From Thiohalomonadaceae bacterium (GTDB lineage Bacteria; Pseudomonadota; Gammaproteobacteria; Thiohalomonadales; Thiohalomonadaceae): a DNA stretch of 64,000 nucleotides. The stretch lies in NCBI GenBank assembly GCA_050287105.1, contig JBNKBG010000001.1:1546-65545 (forward strand). Direction: 5' to 3'. Below the pieces are notes generated by a model, which was not told where the DNA came from, made no database searches, and saw nothing but the letters and a program-made list of their open reading frames with translations. The translations under genes and the position numbers were made by a program. Below are positions 54,667 to 64,000 of the stretch, in pieces (the stretch's first letter is position 1; every line of letters begins with the position of its first letter).

Positions 54667-55202
54667 TTGCACCCGCAATCTGCTGCGCCACTCGCGGCAT
54701 CTTTCTGAGCATCTGCAATATACTTCGACCGATTACCTCGACCACCAGGAACTTCATTGTAGAAGTGAACAGGGTCTGGAGTGCTGAAATTCCCACCCCA
54801 GCTTATTCCCGCAGCCGCCGCATTAGCCGCAACGGTTGCTTGCTGCGCTTCACTAAACGTTCTCATGCTAACGTCAAAGGCATACCCTGCCTCATGCAAG
54901 CTAGTACCGGCTTGCGCTGGTGTAGTTGCATTCGGATTATTCTGTAATTGCGCCTGATATGCCGTAGTACGGAAACCTTCCGTGAACGTAACATCCGTGC
55001 CAGTAGCATGGTTCTTTGCAATGAAGTCCATAACCTTTGGATAGAAACTGTCATCCATATAAGTATCGCCAAGGCCAGGAAGGTTAGCTTTGCACAACTT
55101 CAATCCTAGAGGATCAATAAAGTTGATCGGGTCATTGAAGACGTAGGAGTAGAAATTCAGACCACCGTTAAACCTGATCGGGTCCTTTGCGGTAAACCCC
55201 AC
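54663..55202 (-). CDS. orphan Rhs C-terminal cassette: Rhs core remnant plus LAS/peptidase M15 (VanY-like) toxin domain
   Basis: aa 1-34 DPIRFNGGLNFYSYVFNDPINFIDPLGL matches the Rhs core end. Then GFRTTAYQAQL, SLHEAGYAFD and WGG..STPDPVHF, the GxRxxxxQ / SxHxxGxAxD / DxxH motifs of M15 zinc peptidases. Only a GTG start with no SD, so it may be silent. Confidence 0.7.
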   Translation of the reverse strand: MGFTAKDPIRFNGGLNFYSYVFNDPINFIDPLGLKLCKANLPGLGDTYMDDSFYPKVMDFIAKNHATGTDVTFTEGFRTTAYQAQLQNNPNATTPAQAGTSLHEAGYAFDVSMRTFSEAQQATVAANAAAAGISWGGNFSTPDPVHFYNEVPGGRGNRSKYIADAQKDAASGAADCGCK

Positions 55203-55207
55203 TAGTT

Positions 55208-55750
55208 TTAATCATCAAACTCCATGAGGCATTTTTTATACGATTTATTCCAACTTAACTTCTCTTCAATTACATGCTTATATTTATCCATAAACTCCGT
55301 TTTAAGTTTCACCTCATCTCCTTTTGAGTCAGCAAGACTAAAGCCAGAGTCGATTGCCTTACATGTTGTTTCAATTAAGAACTGTCGATTCCGCAGGACA
55401 TCGAGAATTTCACTATGTTTTCTCTCAAAAATATCCAGAAACGTCTCGCCAACATGTTCGGTTATGTCTGAACTTGCACTTTTGTATGCAGCAAACACTA
55501 TGAGCAGATAAACTCTCAAATCCGCATCAGATGAGTCACTCGCTTTCATTCGCTGCCAATAGCTATTATACAAGTCACCCCACTCTCTATAGCGTTCAAG
55601 CTTTGCTTTAGCATCGCCTCCCTTAGAACTAACGTTCAGAAGTTTATCTACAATTATGTATGCTTCCTTTTCTGTCAGCACATCACTTGCGCAAGCAGAC
55701 AGCGAAACGAGTGATAAGCCTATCATCATCAAGAATTGACATATCTTCAT
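55208..55750 (-). CDS. lipoprotein, candidate immunity protein for the main Rhs C-terminal toxin
   Basis: MKICQFLMMIGLSLVSLSAC lipobox. AAGGTGAG RBS 7 nt before ATG 55750. Directly downstream of the Rhs stop. About 32% GC in a hand-counted line. No recognisable family. Confidence 0.6.
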   Translation of the reverse strand: MKICQFLMMIGLSLVSLSACASDVLTEKEAYIIVDKLLNVSSKGGDAKAKLERYREWGDLYNSYWQRMKASDSSDADLRVYLLIVFAAYKSASSDITEHVGETFLDIFERKHSEILDVLRNRQFLIETTCKAIDSGFSLADSKGDEVKLKTEFMDKYKHVIEEKLSWNKSYKKCLMEFDD

Positions 55751-55771
55751 GAACGTTCTCACCTTAGCAAC

Positions 55772-58700
55772 TCACTGTTTAGTAACAGTGACACCTTCTT
55801 CACGCCCAAAATTGCTGAAGAAAGAGTCACATTGGTCTGGCTTAATTGTAAAGCAGGCATCAGAACCAGTATTCGATTGACTGTACCCACAATGAACAAA
55901 CACACTTGAAGCAGTGGAATTGGGCGAGCCATCGTTTGTTGGCAAGTCATCAGGGAAGAATATGCCTGGGCGCGGGTTTCCGTTAGCATCCGGTGTCGCT
56001 CTAAACGTATTGATCCCCTCATATGTGCCAGGAGCAACAGTGTTTTCATTGGCAGGATCGTTCGGGACAGTACTACCTTCCCCAGTAAATACAACATTGC
56101 CATTTGAATCTGTCACCGTAACAGTGGAATCGTATGTACCAGAACCACTACCAGGAGTGAATACCACTGTAGATTGCAGCCCAGAAGGATCAATTCCATT
56201 GATCGGGTCGCTAAATGCGTAAGCGTAGAGGTTCGTTTGGCCTCCCCCGAATTTAATTGGATCATCTGCGGTCCACCTTCCCGTCACCGCATCATAATCC
56301 CTCGCCCCAAACCGTGTCAGTTGGGTGTGCTGGTCATAGATGCCGCCCGAAAACCCAAACGGCTGGAATCCGGGATTGGTGTCGTTGGTGACATTCCCGA
56401 ATTCATCATAGTCCATTCGCTGCACGATTTCGCCTGTGCTGCTGTTGACGATGAGCCTCGGACTGCCGAGGTGGTCGCTGATGATGCGATAGGTGATGCC
56501 ACCCTTGACCATGTAGCTCGGGACGTTGCCTTTTTCAGCGTAGGTGAATCTTGCTGTGACGTTCCCTGCCCCATCCAATTCGGCGATGGGATTGAGCTGG
56601 TCGCGGTAGAGGAAGCCCTGTACCAGTACACCGTCGACTTTTTTACCGATTCGCCGGTTCTGCCCATCGATGAGATAGTCGATGGTCATTCCACCCGGTA
56701 GAGTGACCTGCATCAGGTTACCCAGCAGGTCGTAGTGGTAGTTGGTGGTTAACCCCGCTTCGGTTTTGCTCAGTAACTCACCATTAGTGGTGTAGCTATA
56801 ACTGGCTCCACCATAGGTCAACAACCGATCCTGCTCATCATAGGTGGCACCGGTGCCGTTGTGGTCGATGCGGTTACCATTAAGGTCGTAGGTGTAAGTG
56901 GAAACAATGACGCCATCCTTACTCACCGTCTGCAATCTACCCGCCAGGTCGTAACCGTAGTCGTAGATGGTAGTCACGCCTTCTATGTTTTCGGTCTTTT
57001 GGGTGATACGGCCCAGTTTGTCTCGCTGGTATTGGGTGTCCAGCACGGTGGTGCCACTAATTTGCGCGGTTTCACCTGTCGCCTCACCGAAGCCGTTGTA
57101 GGTACAGCTGGTGGTGAGATTGCTCAGGGTGGTACCGGTAAGCAGGCCGTTTACAAGACTGCGATCCAGAGTCAGATCACCCGCTTGTGATAACAGACCA
57201 TCATCATCGTAACCATAGCTGACAGCGCTACCGTTGACGCTGCGGCTGGTGATCCAGAAGTTGTTGTCGTATGTCTGGCTGACGTTGCCGCTGATGTCGC
57301 CCGCCCATGTGGTGGAGAGGGGCAGGAAGCCATCGTAACTATAAGTGAGGGTGTTGCCATCAGGCGCGGTCAGTGTACTCAGTTTGCCCGTGGTGGCGTT
57401 GTAGTCATAGCCGTACTGGCCTCGCGGAATAGTAAGTGTGGCAAGCTTGCCCCCACTGTTGTAGCCGAGGGTGACTGTCTGGCCGTCCGGACGCAGGACT
57501 TTGGTCAATTGCTTGTCGAGGTTGTAGCTGTATTGAGTGATTGTTTCCACGCCGCTCAGGTTAGGTGGTGTGTAGTCAGTCTCTTTATCAACAGTGTTGT
57601 AACTGAAAACGTGGGCGCTTTTCCCCGGCGGGGTGAGGCTGGTGAGGTTGCCGTTGGCATCGTAGCCATATTGGATAATACGACCATCAGGCAGTTTCTG
57701 TTCGGTTACCCGACCCACAGCATCATTGGTAAAGATAACATTTCGACCCATCGGATCGGTGATACTCCCGAGATAACCTTGGTTGTCGTAATCGAAAGTG
57801 AGAGAACGGACAGTAGCACCGATTCCTGTTGTGATACCGGTTAGGCGGCCACGAGTATCGTAATTGTAATTTACCGCATCAAGATCAAATCTCTGATCTA
57901 AAACCGGCCGACCTTTATCGTTCAGCTCGACATGACTCTGGCGACCGGCAGGAGTCGTTGCCGTCCAGGTGTGTGTGGCAGCGTCGTAAGCGGTGGAGGA
58001 AGTCCTACCGTTGACCGTAGTAGTTTCCGATAGCGTGGTCAAATCGCTGGCGTCGGTCAGTGAAGCCGTGCGATCAGCGCTGAGAGAGAGGGTTATGCCT
58101 GCCTGGGTAGTGATGGTGGAAGCATTCACGTAGGGCGCCCCCATGCCGTCACGCGGGTCGGGTACCCTGTGCAAAGTACGCACAGTGCCATCTGCAGCGG
58201 TAGCTGTTTCTGCAATCTCGTTGTCTGTGGTCGTGATATGGCGGGTAGCCACAGTACCGTCCGGGGAAATTGAGGTTCTTAATATTTCCGTTTCGTTCAG
58301 TCGCTCGACGCCAAAGCGTGAGATGCGGCCTTCCCCACTGGTCATGCTCCCTTCGAAACCGTTGTCTGTCTGGGTGCGAGCGAGTATCCAGCCACCGCCA
58401 TCGGGCTGAGACTCACTAGTCAAACGACCGAGGGTATCGTACCCATAAATGTATTCTGCCCCTGCCGGTTTCTTGAAAGATGTCATGAGACCACCCGATG
58501 TGTATCCCATTTGGTACGTTTCACCAACAGGATTGGCGACTGAGGCAAGGTAGCCATTAGGATCCAGTGTAACTATGGTACGTTGTCCATCAGGAGCAGT
58601 GATGGCAGTAGGTTTACCTGTGATATCGCGTTCGATGGTGATGGTGTTGCCGTCGCCATCTTCGAAACCGATGAGATTCCCGTCGCCGTCATAATTAAAC

Positions 58701-61700
58701 GTCTGGCGTACCGTGCCGGTTACGCTATCAAGAGTACGGAGGTGTCGACCCGAAACATTGAATACGTAGTATTCGCTGTGATCAGCAGCAGGAACCATGA
58801 ATTCGCCGGTCGACAATTCGATGCCCGGAGGAGCTACCCGGCGGATACGGAAGTTGTAGGTGTCCGCAATGTAGAGACTGCCGTCGGGGCCGAGGGCTAC
58901 ATCGTGCGGCCGGTATATATGCGCCAGGATGGCCGGGCTACCGTCACCGCCATAACCGGCAACACCGATGCCAGCTACAGTGGTGATGATACCTTCTGGG
59001 CTCACCTGGCGAATACGGTGGCCTCTATTCTCTGCAATGTAGAGATTGCCATCTGGGCTGAAGGCGACGCCAGACGGCCCGTTGAGCAATGCCTGTGTAG
59101 CCGGACCATCATCACTGCCATAACCACCACCGGCCACGGTGGTGATAATACCATCCGAGCTCACCCGGCGGATTCGGCCGCTGTAATAATCCGCAATGTA
59201 GAGGCTACCGTCGGGGCTGAGTGCCAGACCGTTCGGGTAGCGGAACTGCGCCAGTGTAGCCAGACCACCGTCGCCACCATGACCCCAAGCACCGCTACCG
59301 GCCACAGTGGTGATGATGCCGTCCGGACTCACCCGACGGACGCGATTGTTAAGAGTATCCGAAATATAGAGGCTACCGTCGGGTCCAAGGGCAACACCAC
59401 CTGGGCCGGAGAGTTGTGCCTGGGTGGCTGGGCCGCCGTCGCCGCTAAAACCTGAAACACCGGTGCCAACCACAGTAGTGATGATGCCGTCTGCCCCCAC
59501 CATGCGGACACTATGACTACCGTAGTCCGCTATGTAGAAGCTACCGTCAGAGCCGATGGTGATATCGGACGGGGAGACGAGCTGCGCCTGAGTGGCCAAA
59601 CCGCCGTCACCGCTATATCCACTAGTGCCTGTACCGGCCACAGTGCTAATGATGCCGTTCGGGCTCACCCGGCGGATACTGGGATAGGTGGTGTCCGCAA
59701 TGTAGAGGCTGCCGTCGGGGCCGAGAGCGATACCGTGCGGGGTAGTTAACCGTGCCTGGGCGGCCGGACCGCCGTCGCCACTATAACCGACAACACCTGT
59801 GCCAGCCACGGTGGTAATGATATTGCCCTGAGCGGCTGCACGGCGCCACGTTCCGTCGCCCCGGTAGAGGATGGACTCAGCTGTGCCGTAAGTGTGCTGC
59901 GCATCCAGGCTCCATCTACCCATTTCGGCGGCACTCGCTATATTGCCGCTTACAGCAACTGTGTGCTGCCGGGATAAAACCACTTCCGCAGTCGCCCGGT
60001 TCCCGCCAATAGCCACGCCGGTACCGATCCGAGCAAAAGAAGAGGAAAACCCGCTAGGTTTACTATAGATGGCACTATAGACAAAGTGCAGGCTAGAGGT
60101 AAGGTTGACATAGCCCATCACGGACCGGCCAAACCCATCCTTTCCGTCCCACTGGAATGTGGTGTGCAAATTCGGCGCAGGAACAAAGGTCTGGTGGTGA
60201 ATCTGCCCGGCCACACGGATTTCGAGTTCTATTCGTTTCAGTGAACTCGGTACGGAAGAACCACTTATCGAAATATCGACTGTTCTACCCGCGACATAAC
60301 CCGGCACACGATCAGAGCGATAGTTGAGAGTATAGGATGTACCTGTGATTGGAATCGACTCACCCAGCACCTGATTCTCCGCTTCGATGATACAGCCGGT
60401 GCATTCTGTTGGATCGAATGGCTTGTCTTTATTTTTCGTCTTTGCCAAATCTACAAGCGGCGGTACCGCATTATTCGGCGGTACAAACGGCCAATTGTAA
60501 TCCCAAGGTGTAAAGTGGGTGATCGGTGCGCGCCACAGGCTCTTACCTGGCTGGTAGAGTTGTACCAGTTGCGCACGCTCTGCGTCGGTAATTCCAAGGG
60601 CGGCCAGTGCAGCCACATCAGCGGGTACACCACTGCCATCGACATCAATATCTGCCATACCGTTGCTGACAGAAAGTATTTCGATCACCCGACCGTTATC
60701 CGACGGAATCCAGGTAGCTTTATCGCGGTCGTACCAGCCCACTGGCACGATCCCTCCAACAGGGAAACCGATGAAGTTGTCGACGTAGACGGGTACCGGC
60801 TGGTTGAATTGCACTGTCCTGGCACCAGCATTGATTGCTTCGTCCACACTCAGTTCCACCGCGTAAGTATAACCGCTGCTCGGCGGCAATTTGCCCGGCA
60901 TGGTATCGGGGCCTTCCGTACCGACGGTGTATTCGGTGGCACGGACGTTCATTGAAGTGAGTGGTTGTGTGCTGCCGTCTGGCATAACCATGCTAGCCTG
61001 GAGCCCCTGAGGAAAAAGAATGGTCGCCTGGCGACTACCGTCGGCGTCTGTCATGACGCTGCCCTGCGCCACCTGGAATGGTGTGCTGGAGTTAAGGTCG
61101 ATGGTGGCGACGTTTGTGTCTAGCGGAATCATCACCACGTCCGACAGCCAAGCGTAGTCCTTCCACGGCGCATTCACTTGCCGTTGTACCGGCAGGTAGC
61201 CTTCCTTTATGTAGTTGACGGTGAGGATGCCTCCGCCATTTACCGCCATATCGAACATGCCGTCGGTACGAGTACCGGACCAGCCGAATTCACTGTGATT
61301 GAGAATGCTGATGGTCACACCTTTCAATGGTGCGCCGCCACGGGTAGTGACCTTGCCGCGCAGTATCGCGACACGACGCTCCTTAATGGTGTTTGGTGGT
61401 ACATCAAACTGAATCGGATGGCTACCACTGTAGAGAAAGGCAGTGGAGTCGTATAGTTTAGTGGCCACAGTCGGATCGTTAGGTGGTGCGACATTGGCTG
61501 GGTCGACCGGCACGTACCCGTTATTGGGTATCGGTGTCACATTGCCGGTAGAGATCGTTACATCTTCTACAGCGGTGTTACCTGCACCGTCACGCACAGT
61601 GATAATCAGATCATCGCCTGGGCTCGTAGCCAATTGCGCGCTAAAACTACCGTCCGCAGCAACCTGCACCGTCACCGATTCTCCGGTGGACGTATTGGTA

Positions 61701-63328
61701 ATGGTGATCCAGCTACCCGGTTCAGCACTACCTGGCGCACCAGTGATGATCGCGCTACCTGCTTCGATGACGATCGTGATCAAATCACCGTTTACAGGTT
61801 GCGGAGCGATGGTGTCGAGGGTACCGCTGAGGGCATAGGTGGTACTGTTACCCGCCAGATCGGTGGCAATGATATCGAAGCTGTTGCTACCCTCAGTCAA
61901 TGCAGCGCTGTGACTGAAATAATTCTGCGCATTGAGGAGCAGTGCAGTCCCGTTAATCGTGGCTTTGACTGTCTCGTTAATCGCACCGTTAATAGTGAGC
62001 GGAGTCTGGTTGGTAATGAAATCGTTGGCCGGAGTATCGACAGTAATGACTGGAGGAATAGTATCGACGGTGAAGGTAACTTCAGTTTTGTCCGAGGTGT
62101 TACCGGCGAAGTCTTCGACATGAGCCGCCAGAACGGCACCACCATCGGAAAGAGGGCTGGCCAGTGTGCATTGGGCTGTGGCCTCTGTCGTATCACATGT
62201 CGCTGCGACTTCGGCACCATTGATATATAGTTTCAGGCTATCACCATCCACCCCCATACCATTGTCGCTATAACTGACCTTGATGGTGGGCAGGTTGGTA
62301 TTGAGGTAGCTGCCATCCAGCGGCAGGGTAATAGTGAGTGTGGGAGCAGTTGTGTCATAGTAGATCGCCAGGGCGCGAATAGCTTTACTTCGATTCGCGT
62401 CACCAATGGCATGGCGTATTTGCCCAGATGAATCTATGTGGATTAATTGTTTGTTGTTTGCCAACCAGGCGCTACCGTCGGCCTTGTCGGCTACCAATGC
62501 GACGCTCCTACCTCCAAAATGGGCTCCACGATAAGGATCGATATCTACTTGTAATAGACCACTACCATCGGTCTTGAGCAGGTTCTTCTCGCCTACAGCC
62601 CAGACTGCTCCGCTGTAGTCCGAGGCCAGAAAATCAATTGGTCTAATGCCTTGCTGAAACTTTAAAGTGCCTGTTTCATCAACACGCATCAATTCCTTCT
62701 CGGTAGCGAACCACAGTTCCTGCAAATATTCGTCAAATGAAATTGCCTTGATCTTGTCCTTTGTATTGAGAATATTCTGCAGGACTAGTGTTGCGCCCTG
62801 ATCGTCAACAAGATACAACCATTTTTCATCTGCCAACCAAACTTGAGAGGACAGTGGAGCATAGGTGAGCCCGGTGATATTTTCCTTTGCTTGAACATAC
62901 GCCAGCAGGTCCCCTGAAGAGGAATAGTGTGTCAATTGATGCTCATAGGCCAGCCAGATAGAGCCGTCGAGAGGCTCTATCAGCATCTCCGTATTACCCG
63001 CTCCTGGGCATCCATTAATACAGGTAATTGGATAGTTACCTATCACGGTCCCATCAAAGGCATAGGCAGTAAGTTGTTTCTTGCCGTAAGTCCAGACTAC
63101 GCCACGTTTTTCATCCAGAGCGAGTTCTTTTACATTCACTGTACTGCCGATCTCGAACAAAATTGTGCCGTCGGTGGTAGCTAGTTTGAGGATACCATCC
63201 GTCTCCGCTACCCACAGGGCACCGACATAATCGTTATTGAGGTTGGTTATCGCTTCAGCAGTGAAGGTGGTAAATAAAAGGGCGAGGGTAGAGAAAACAA
63301 TGGCGCGAAGAATGGTGGCGTGTAGCAC
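55772..63328 (-). CDS. 2518-aa secreted RHS/YD-repeat polymorphic toxin with teneurin-like architecture
   Basis: GTG start with AAGGGAG RBS. aa 1-26 Sec signal (..FTAEA). aa 36-310 seven W-containing ~42-aa repeats. aa 325-593 three Ig-like modules. aa 651-718 carboxypeptidase-regulatory/TTR-like ([19 protein letters not shown]). aa 1168-1500 six NHL repeats ([26 protein letters not shown]). aa 1530-2350 YD repeats. aa 2341-2384 Rhs core end [44 protein letters not shown]. aa 2385-2518 variable CT. Confidence 0.92.
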   Translation of the reverse strand: MLHATILRAIVFSTLALLFTTFTAEAITNLNNDYVGALWVAETDGILKLATTDGTILFEIGSTVNVKELALDEKRGVVWTYGKKQLTAYAFDGTVIGNYPITCINGCPGAGNTEMLIEPLDGSIWLAYEHQLTHYSSSGDLLAYVQAKENITGLTYAPLSSQVWLADEKWLYLVDDQGATLVLQNILNTKDKIKAISFDEYLQELWFATEKELMRVDETGTLKFQQGIRPIDFLASDYSGAVWAVGEKNLLKTDGSGLLQVDIDPYRGAHFGGRSVALVADKADGSAWLANNKQLIHIDSSGQIRHAIGDANRSKAIRALAIYYDTTAPTLTITLPLDGSYLNTNLPTIKVSYSDNGMGVDGDSLKLYINGAEVAATCDTTEATAQCTLASPLSDGGAVLAAHVEDFAGNTSDKTEVTFTVDTIPPVITVDTPANDFITNQTPLTINGAINETVKATINGTALLLNAQNYFSHSAALTEGSNSFDIIATDLAGNSTTYALSGTLDTIAPQPVNGDLITIVIEAGSAIITGAPGSAEPGSWITITNTSTGESVTVQVAADGSFSAQLATSPGDDLIITVRDGAGNTAVEDVTISTGNVTPIPNNGYVPVDPANVAPPNDPTVATKLYDSTAFLYSGSHPIQFDVPPNTIKERRVAILRGKVTTRGGAPLKGVTISILNHSEFGWSGTRTDGMFDMAVNGGGILTVNYIKEGYLPVQRQVNAPWKDYAWLSDVVMIPLDTNVATIDLNSSTPFQVAQGSVMTDADGSRQATILFPQGLQASMVMPDGSTQPLTSMNVRATEYTVGTEGPDTMPGKLPPSSGYTYAVELSVDEAINAGARTVQFNQPVPVYVDNFIGFPVGGIVPVGWYDRDKATWIPSDNGRVIEILSVSNGMADIDVDGSGVPADVAALAALGITDAERAQLVQLYQPGKSLWRAPITHFTPWDYNWPFVPPNNAVPPLVDLAKTKNKDKPFDPTECTGCIIEAENQVLGESIPITGTSYTLNYRSDRVPGYVAGRTVDISISGSSVPSSLKRIELEIRVAGQIHHQTFVPAPNLHTTFQWDGKDGFGRSVMGYVNLTSSLHFVYSAIYSKPSGFSSSFARIGTGVAIGGNRATAEVVLSRQHTVAVSGNIASAAEMGRWSLDAQHTYGTAESILYRGDGTWRRAAAQGNIITTVAGTGVVGYSGDGGPAAQARLTTPHGIALGPDGSLYIADTTYPSIRRVSPNGIISTVAGTGTSGYSGDGGLATQAQLVSPSDITIGSDGSFYIADYGSHSVRMVGADGIITTVVGTGVSGFSGDGGPATQAQLSGPGGVALGPDGSLYISDTLNNRVRRVSPDGIITTVAGSGAWGHGGDGGLATLAQFRYPNGLALSPDGSLYIADYYSGRIRRVSSDGIITTVAGGGYGSDDGPATQALLNGPSGVAFSPDGNLYIAENRGHRIRQVSPEGIITTVAGIGVAGYGGDGSPAILAHIYRPHDVALGPDGSLYIADTYNFRIRRVAPPGIELSTGEFMVPAADHSEYYVFNVSGRHLRTLDSVTGTVRQTFNYDGDGNLIGFEDGDGNTITIERDITGKPTAITAPDGQRTIVTLDPNGYLASVANPVGETYQMGYTSGGLMTSFKKPAGAEYIYGYDTLGRLTSESQPDGGGWILARTQTDNGFEGSMTSGEGRISRFGVERLNETEILRTSISPDGTVATRHITTTDNEIAETATAADGTVRTLHRVPDPRDGMGAPYVNASTITTQAGITLSLSADRTASLTDASDLTTLSETTTVNGRTSSTAYDAATHTWTATTPAGRQSHVELNDKGRPVLDQRFDLDAVNYNYDTRGRLTGITTGIGATVRSLTFDYDNQGYLGSITDPMGRNVIFTNDAVGRVTEQKLPDGRIIQYGYDANGNLTSLTPPGKSAHVFSYNTVDKETDYTPPNLSGVETITQYSYNLDKQLTKVLRPDGQTVTLGYNSGGKLATLTIPRGQYGYDYNATTGKLSTLTAPDGNTLTYSYDGFLPLSTTWAGDISGNVSQTYDNNFWITSRSVNGSAVSYGYDDDGLLSQAGDLTLDRSLVNGLLTGTTLSNLTTSCTYNGFGEATGETAQISGTTVLDTQYQRDKLGRITQKTENIEGVTTIYDYGYDLAGRLQTVSKDGVIVSTYTYDLNGNRIDHNGTGATYDEQDRLLTYGGASYSYTTNGELLSKTEAGLTTNYHYDLLGNLMQVTLPGGMTIDYLIDGQNRRIGKKVDGVLVQGFLYRDQLNPIAELDGAGNVTARFTYAEKGNVPSYMVKGGITYRIISDHLGSPRLIVNSSTGEIVQRMDYDEFGNVTNDTNPGFQPFGFSGGIYDQHTQLTRFGARDYDAVTGRWTADDPIKFGGGQTNLYAYAFSDPINGIDPSGLQSTVVFTPGSGSGTYDSTVTVTDSNGNVVFTGEGSTVPNDPANENTVAPGTYEGINTFRATPDANGNPRPGIFFPDDLPTNDGSPNSTASSVFVHCGYSQSNTGSDACFTIKPDQCDSFFSNFGREEGVTVTKQ
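58829..59827 (-). repeat. six intragenic tandem repeats (~160-170 nt) encoding the NHL blades
   Basis: Recurrent plus-strand motif gtagag[ga]ct[ag]ccgtcgggg at about 58871, 59041 (diverged), 59201, 59361, 59531 (diverged) and 59701. Confidence 0.8.
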
Positions 63329-63634
63329 TGGTGTACTCCCTTACATACAGTCTTTATTTGGCGCATTGTGCGATAACAACTGAAAGCAACGCAACCCTTC
63401 TTTCTGGTCAGGATTTATGATGTATAACTCATTGATGAATAGAGAGATGTATTTCATTCATTCCATGAGTACAAAAAATCCATATTCCGCCTGACGTATT
63501 CTGTCATGCTGGGATGGAGTTTCAGTCAGGCATGACTATCCAGTGATGCTATATATCCTAACTTGCGCCGGAATAGCAGAGAGATTTATCTAAGTATGTG
63601 GTGCTAAAATCCAGTCGACCAAGAAGGCAAATCT

Positions 63635-64000
63635 TTAGTGTCCAATTACTTCACTTAGCGCTGACAGCAGGGCTGTATTCTCATTGGCTTTACCAATAGT
63701 GATACGCAGATACTGTTCGATACGTGGCGCACGGAAGTGGCGCACGATGATGCTACGTTCACGCAGCTTTGCTGCGAGTTTTTCCGCATCGTATTCCGGG
63801 TGTCTGGCGAAGATGAAGTTGGCTGCGGAAGACAGGACATCAAAACCCAGCTCGCGCATTTTTTGCGTCAACGTGTCGCGCTCGTCGATCACCGCCTGCC
63901 GGGTACGCTCGAAATGATCACGGTCCTGCATCGCTGCGGTGGCCCCCACTATGGCGAGGCGATCCAGCGGATAGGAGTTGAAACTGTCCTTTACACGCAC
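63635..64000 (-). CDS. hisC: histidinol-phosphate aminotransferase, C-terminal part (runs off right edge)
   Basis: ...[53 protein letters not shown] is typical of the HisC C-terminus. Confidence 0.85.
   Translation of the reverse strand: MRVKDSFNSYPLDRLAIVGATAAMQDRDHFERTRQAVIDERDTLTQKMRELGFDVLSSAANFIFARHPEYDAEKLAAKLRERSIIVRHFRAPRIEQYLRITIGKANENTALLSALSEVIGH

Noticed and set aside
58583-59455. 290-aa plus-strand ORF inside the Rhs gene (also 55914-56222, 56174-56701, 60515-60955, 61634-62230)
   Set aside because: These are antisense to the continuous 2518-codon Rhs frame, which has coherent NHL/YD repeats. They have no independent signals.
63329-63634. Promoter and nested inverted repeats upstream of the Rhs gene (gcctgac...gtcaggc, gtcatgc...gcatgac)
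   Set aside because: The 7-bp arms are short and the candidate -35/-10 hexamers (TTGCGT / CACAAT) are weak. I cannot support a specific promoter or operator call without transcript data.

Overview
This is a gammaproteobacterial chromosomal segment, mostly about 58-62% GC by hand counts. Its gene order resembles the Pseudomonas-type core. From left to right it holds: a partial ampD; a tightly coupled DUF1538-DUF1538-PII-like-CBS-thioredoxin-like operon; nadC-pilBCD-coaE-zapD-yacG; mutT/thiE-argJ-secA; the complete dcw cluster (mraZ to ftsZ, then lpxC) on the minus strand; RNase P RNA; rsmI / lpoA-yraN-diaA-BON; sspAB; cytochrome bc1 (petABC); nif3; and a DegS-like protease. Positions ~51.6-63.6 kb are an AT-richer accessory island wedged between the DegS-like gene and hisC. 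The island carries a lone sulfotransferase, a REP-flanked RayT transposase that seems to have truncated an XRE-type HTH gene, and a SymE-family toxin. Its main item is a 2518-aa Sec-signal RHS/YD polymorphic toxin with teneurin-like architecture (propeller, Ig-like domains, TTR, six NHL blades, YD shell, Rhs core, variable C-terminal toxin). That gene is followed by a lipoprotein immunity candidate and then an orphan Rhs-CT (LAS/M15 peptidase-like) with its own exported immunity candidate. No T6SS, PAAR/VgrG, TcA/TcB or two-partner secretion (TPS) genes are in the window, so the delivery route is open; this is the best candidate for an undescribed system. Secondary points are a ~10 kb low-GC block covering essential core genes (pilB 3' end through secA) and the uncharacterised DUF1538/PII/CBS transporter-like operon. 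All calls rest on reading the supplied translations and the DNA; no database searches were run.
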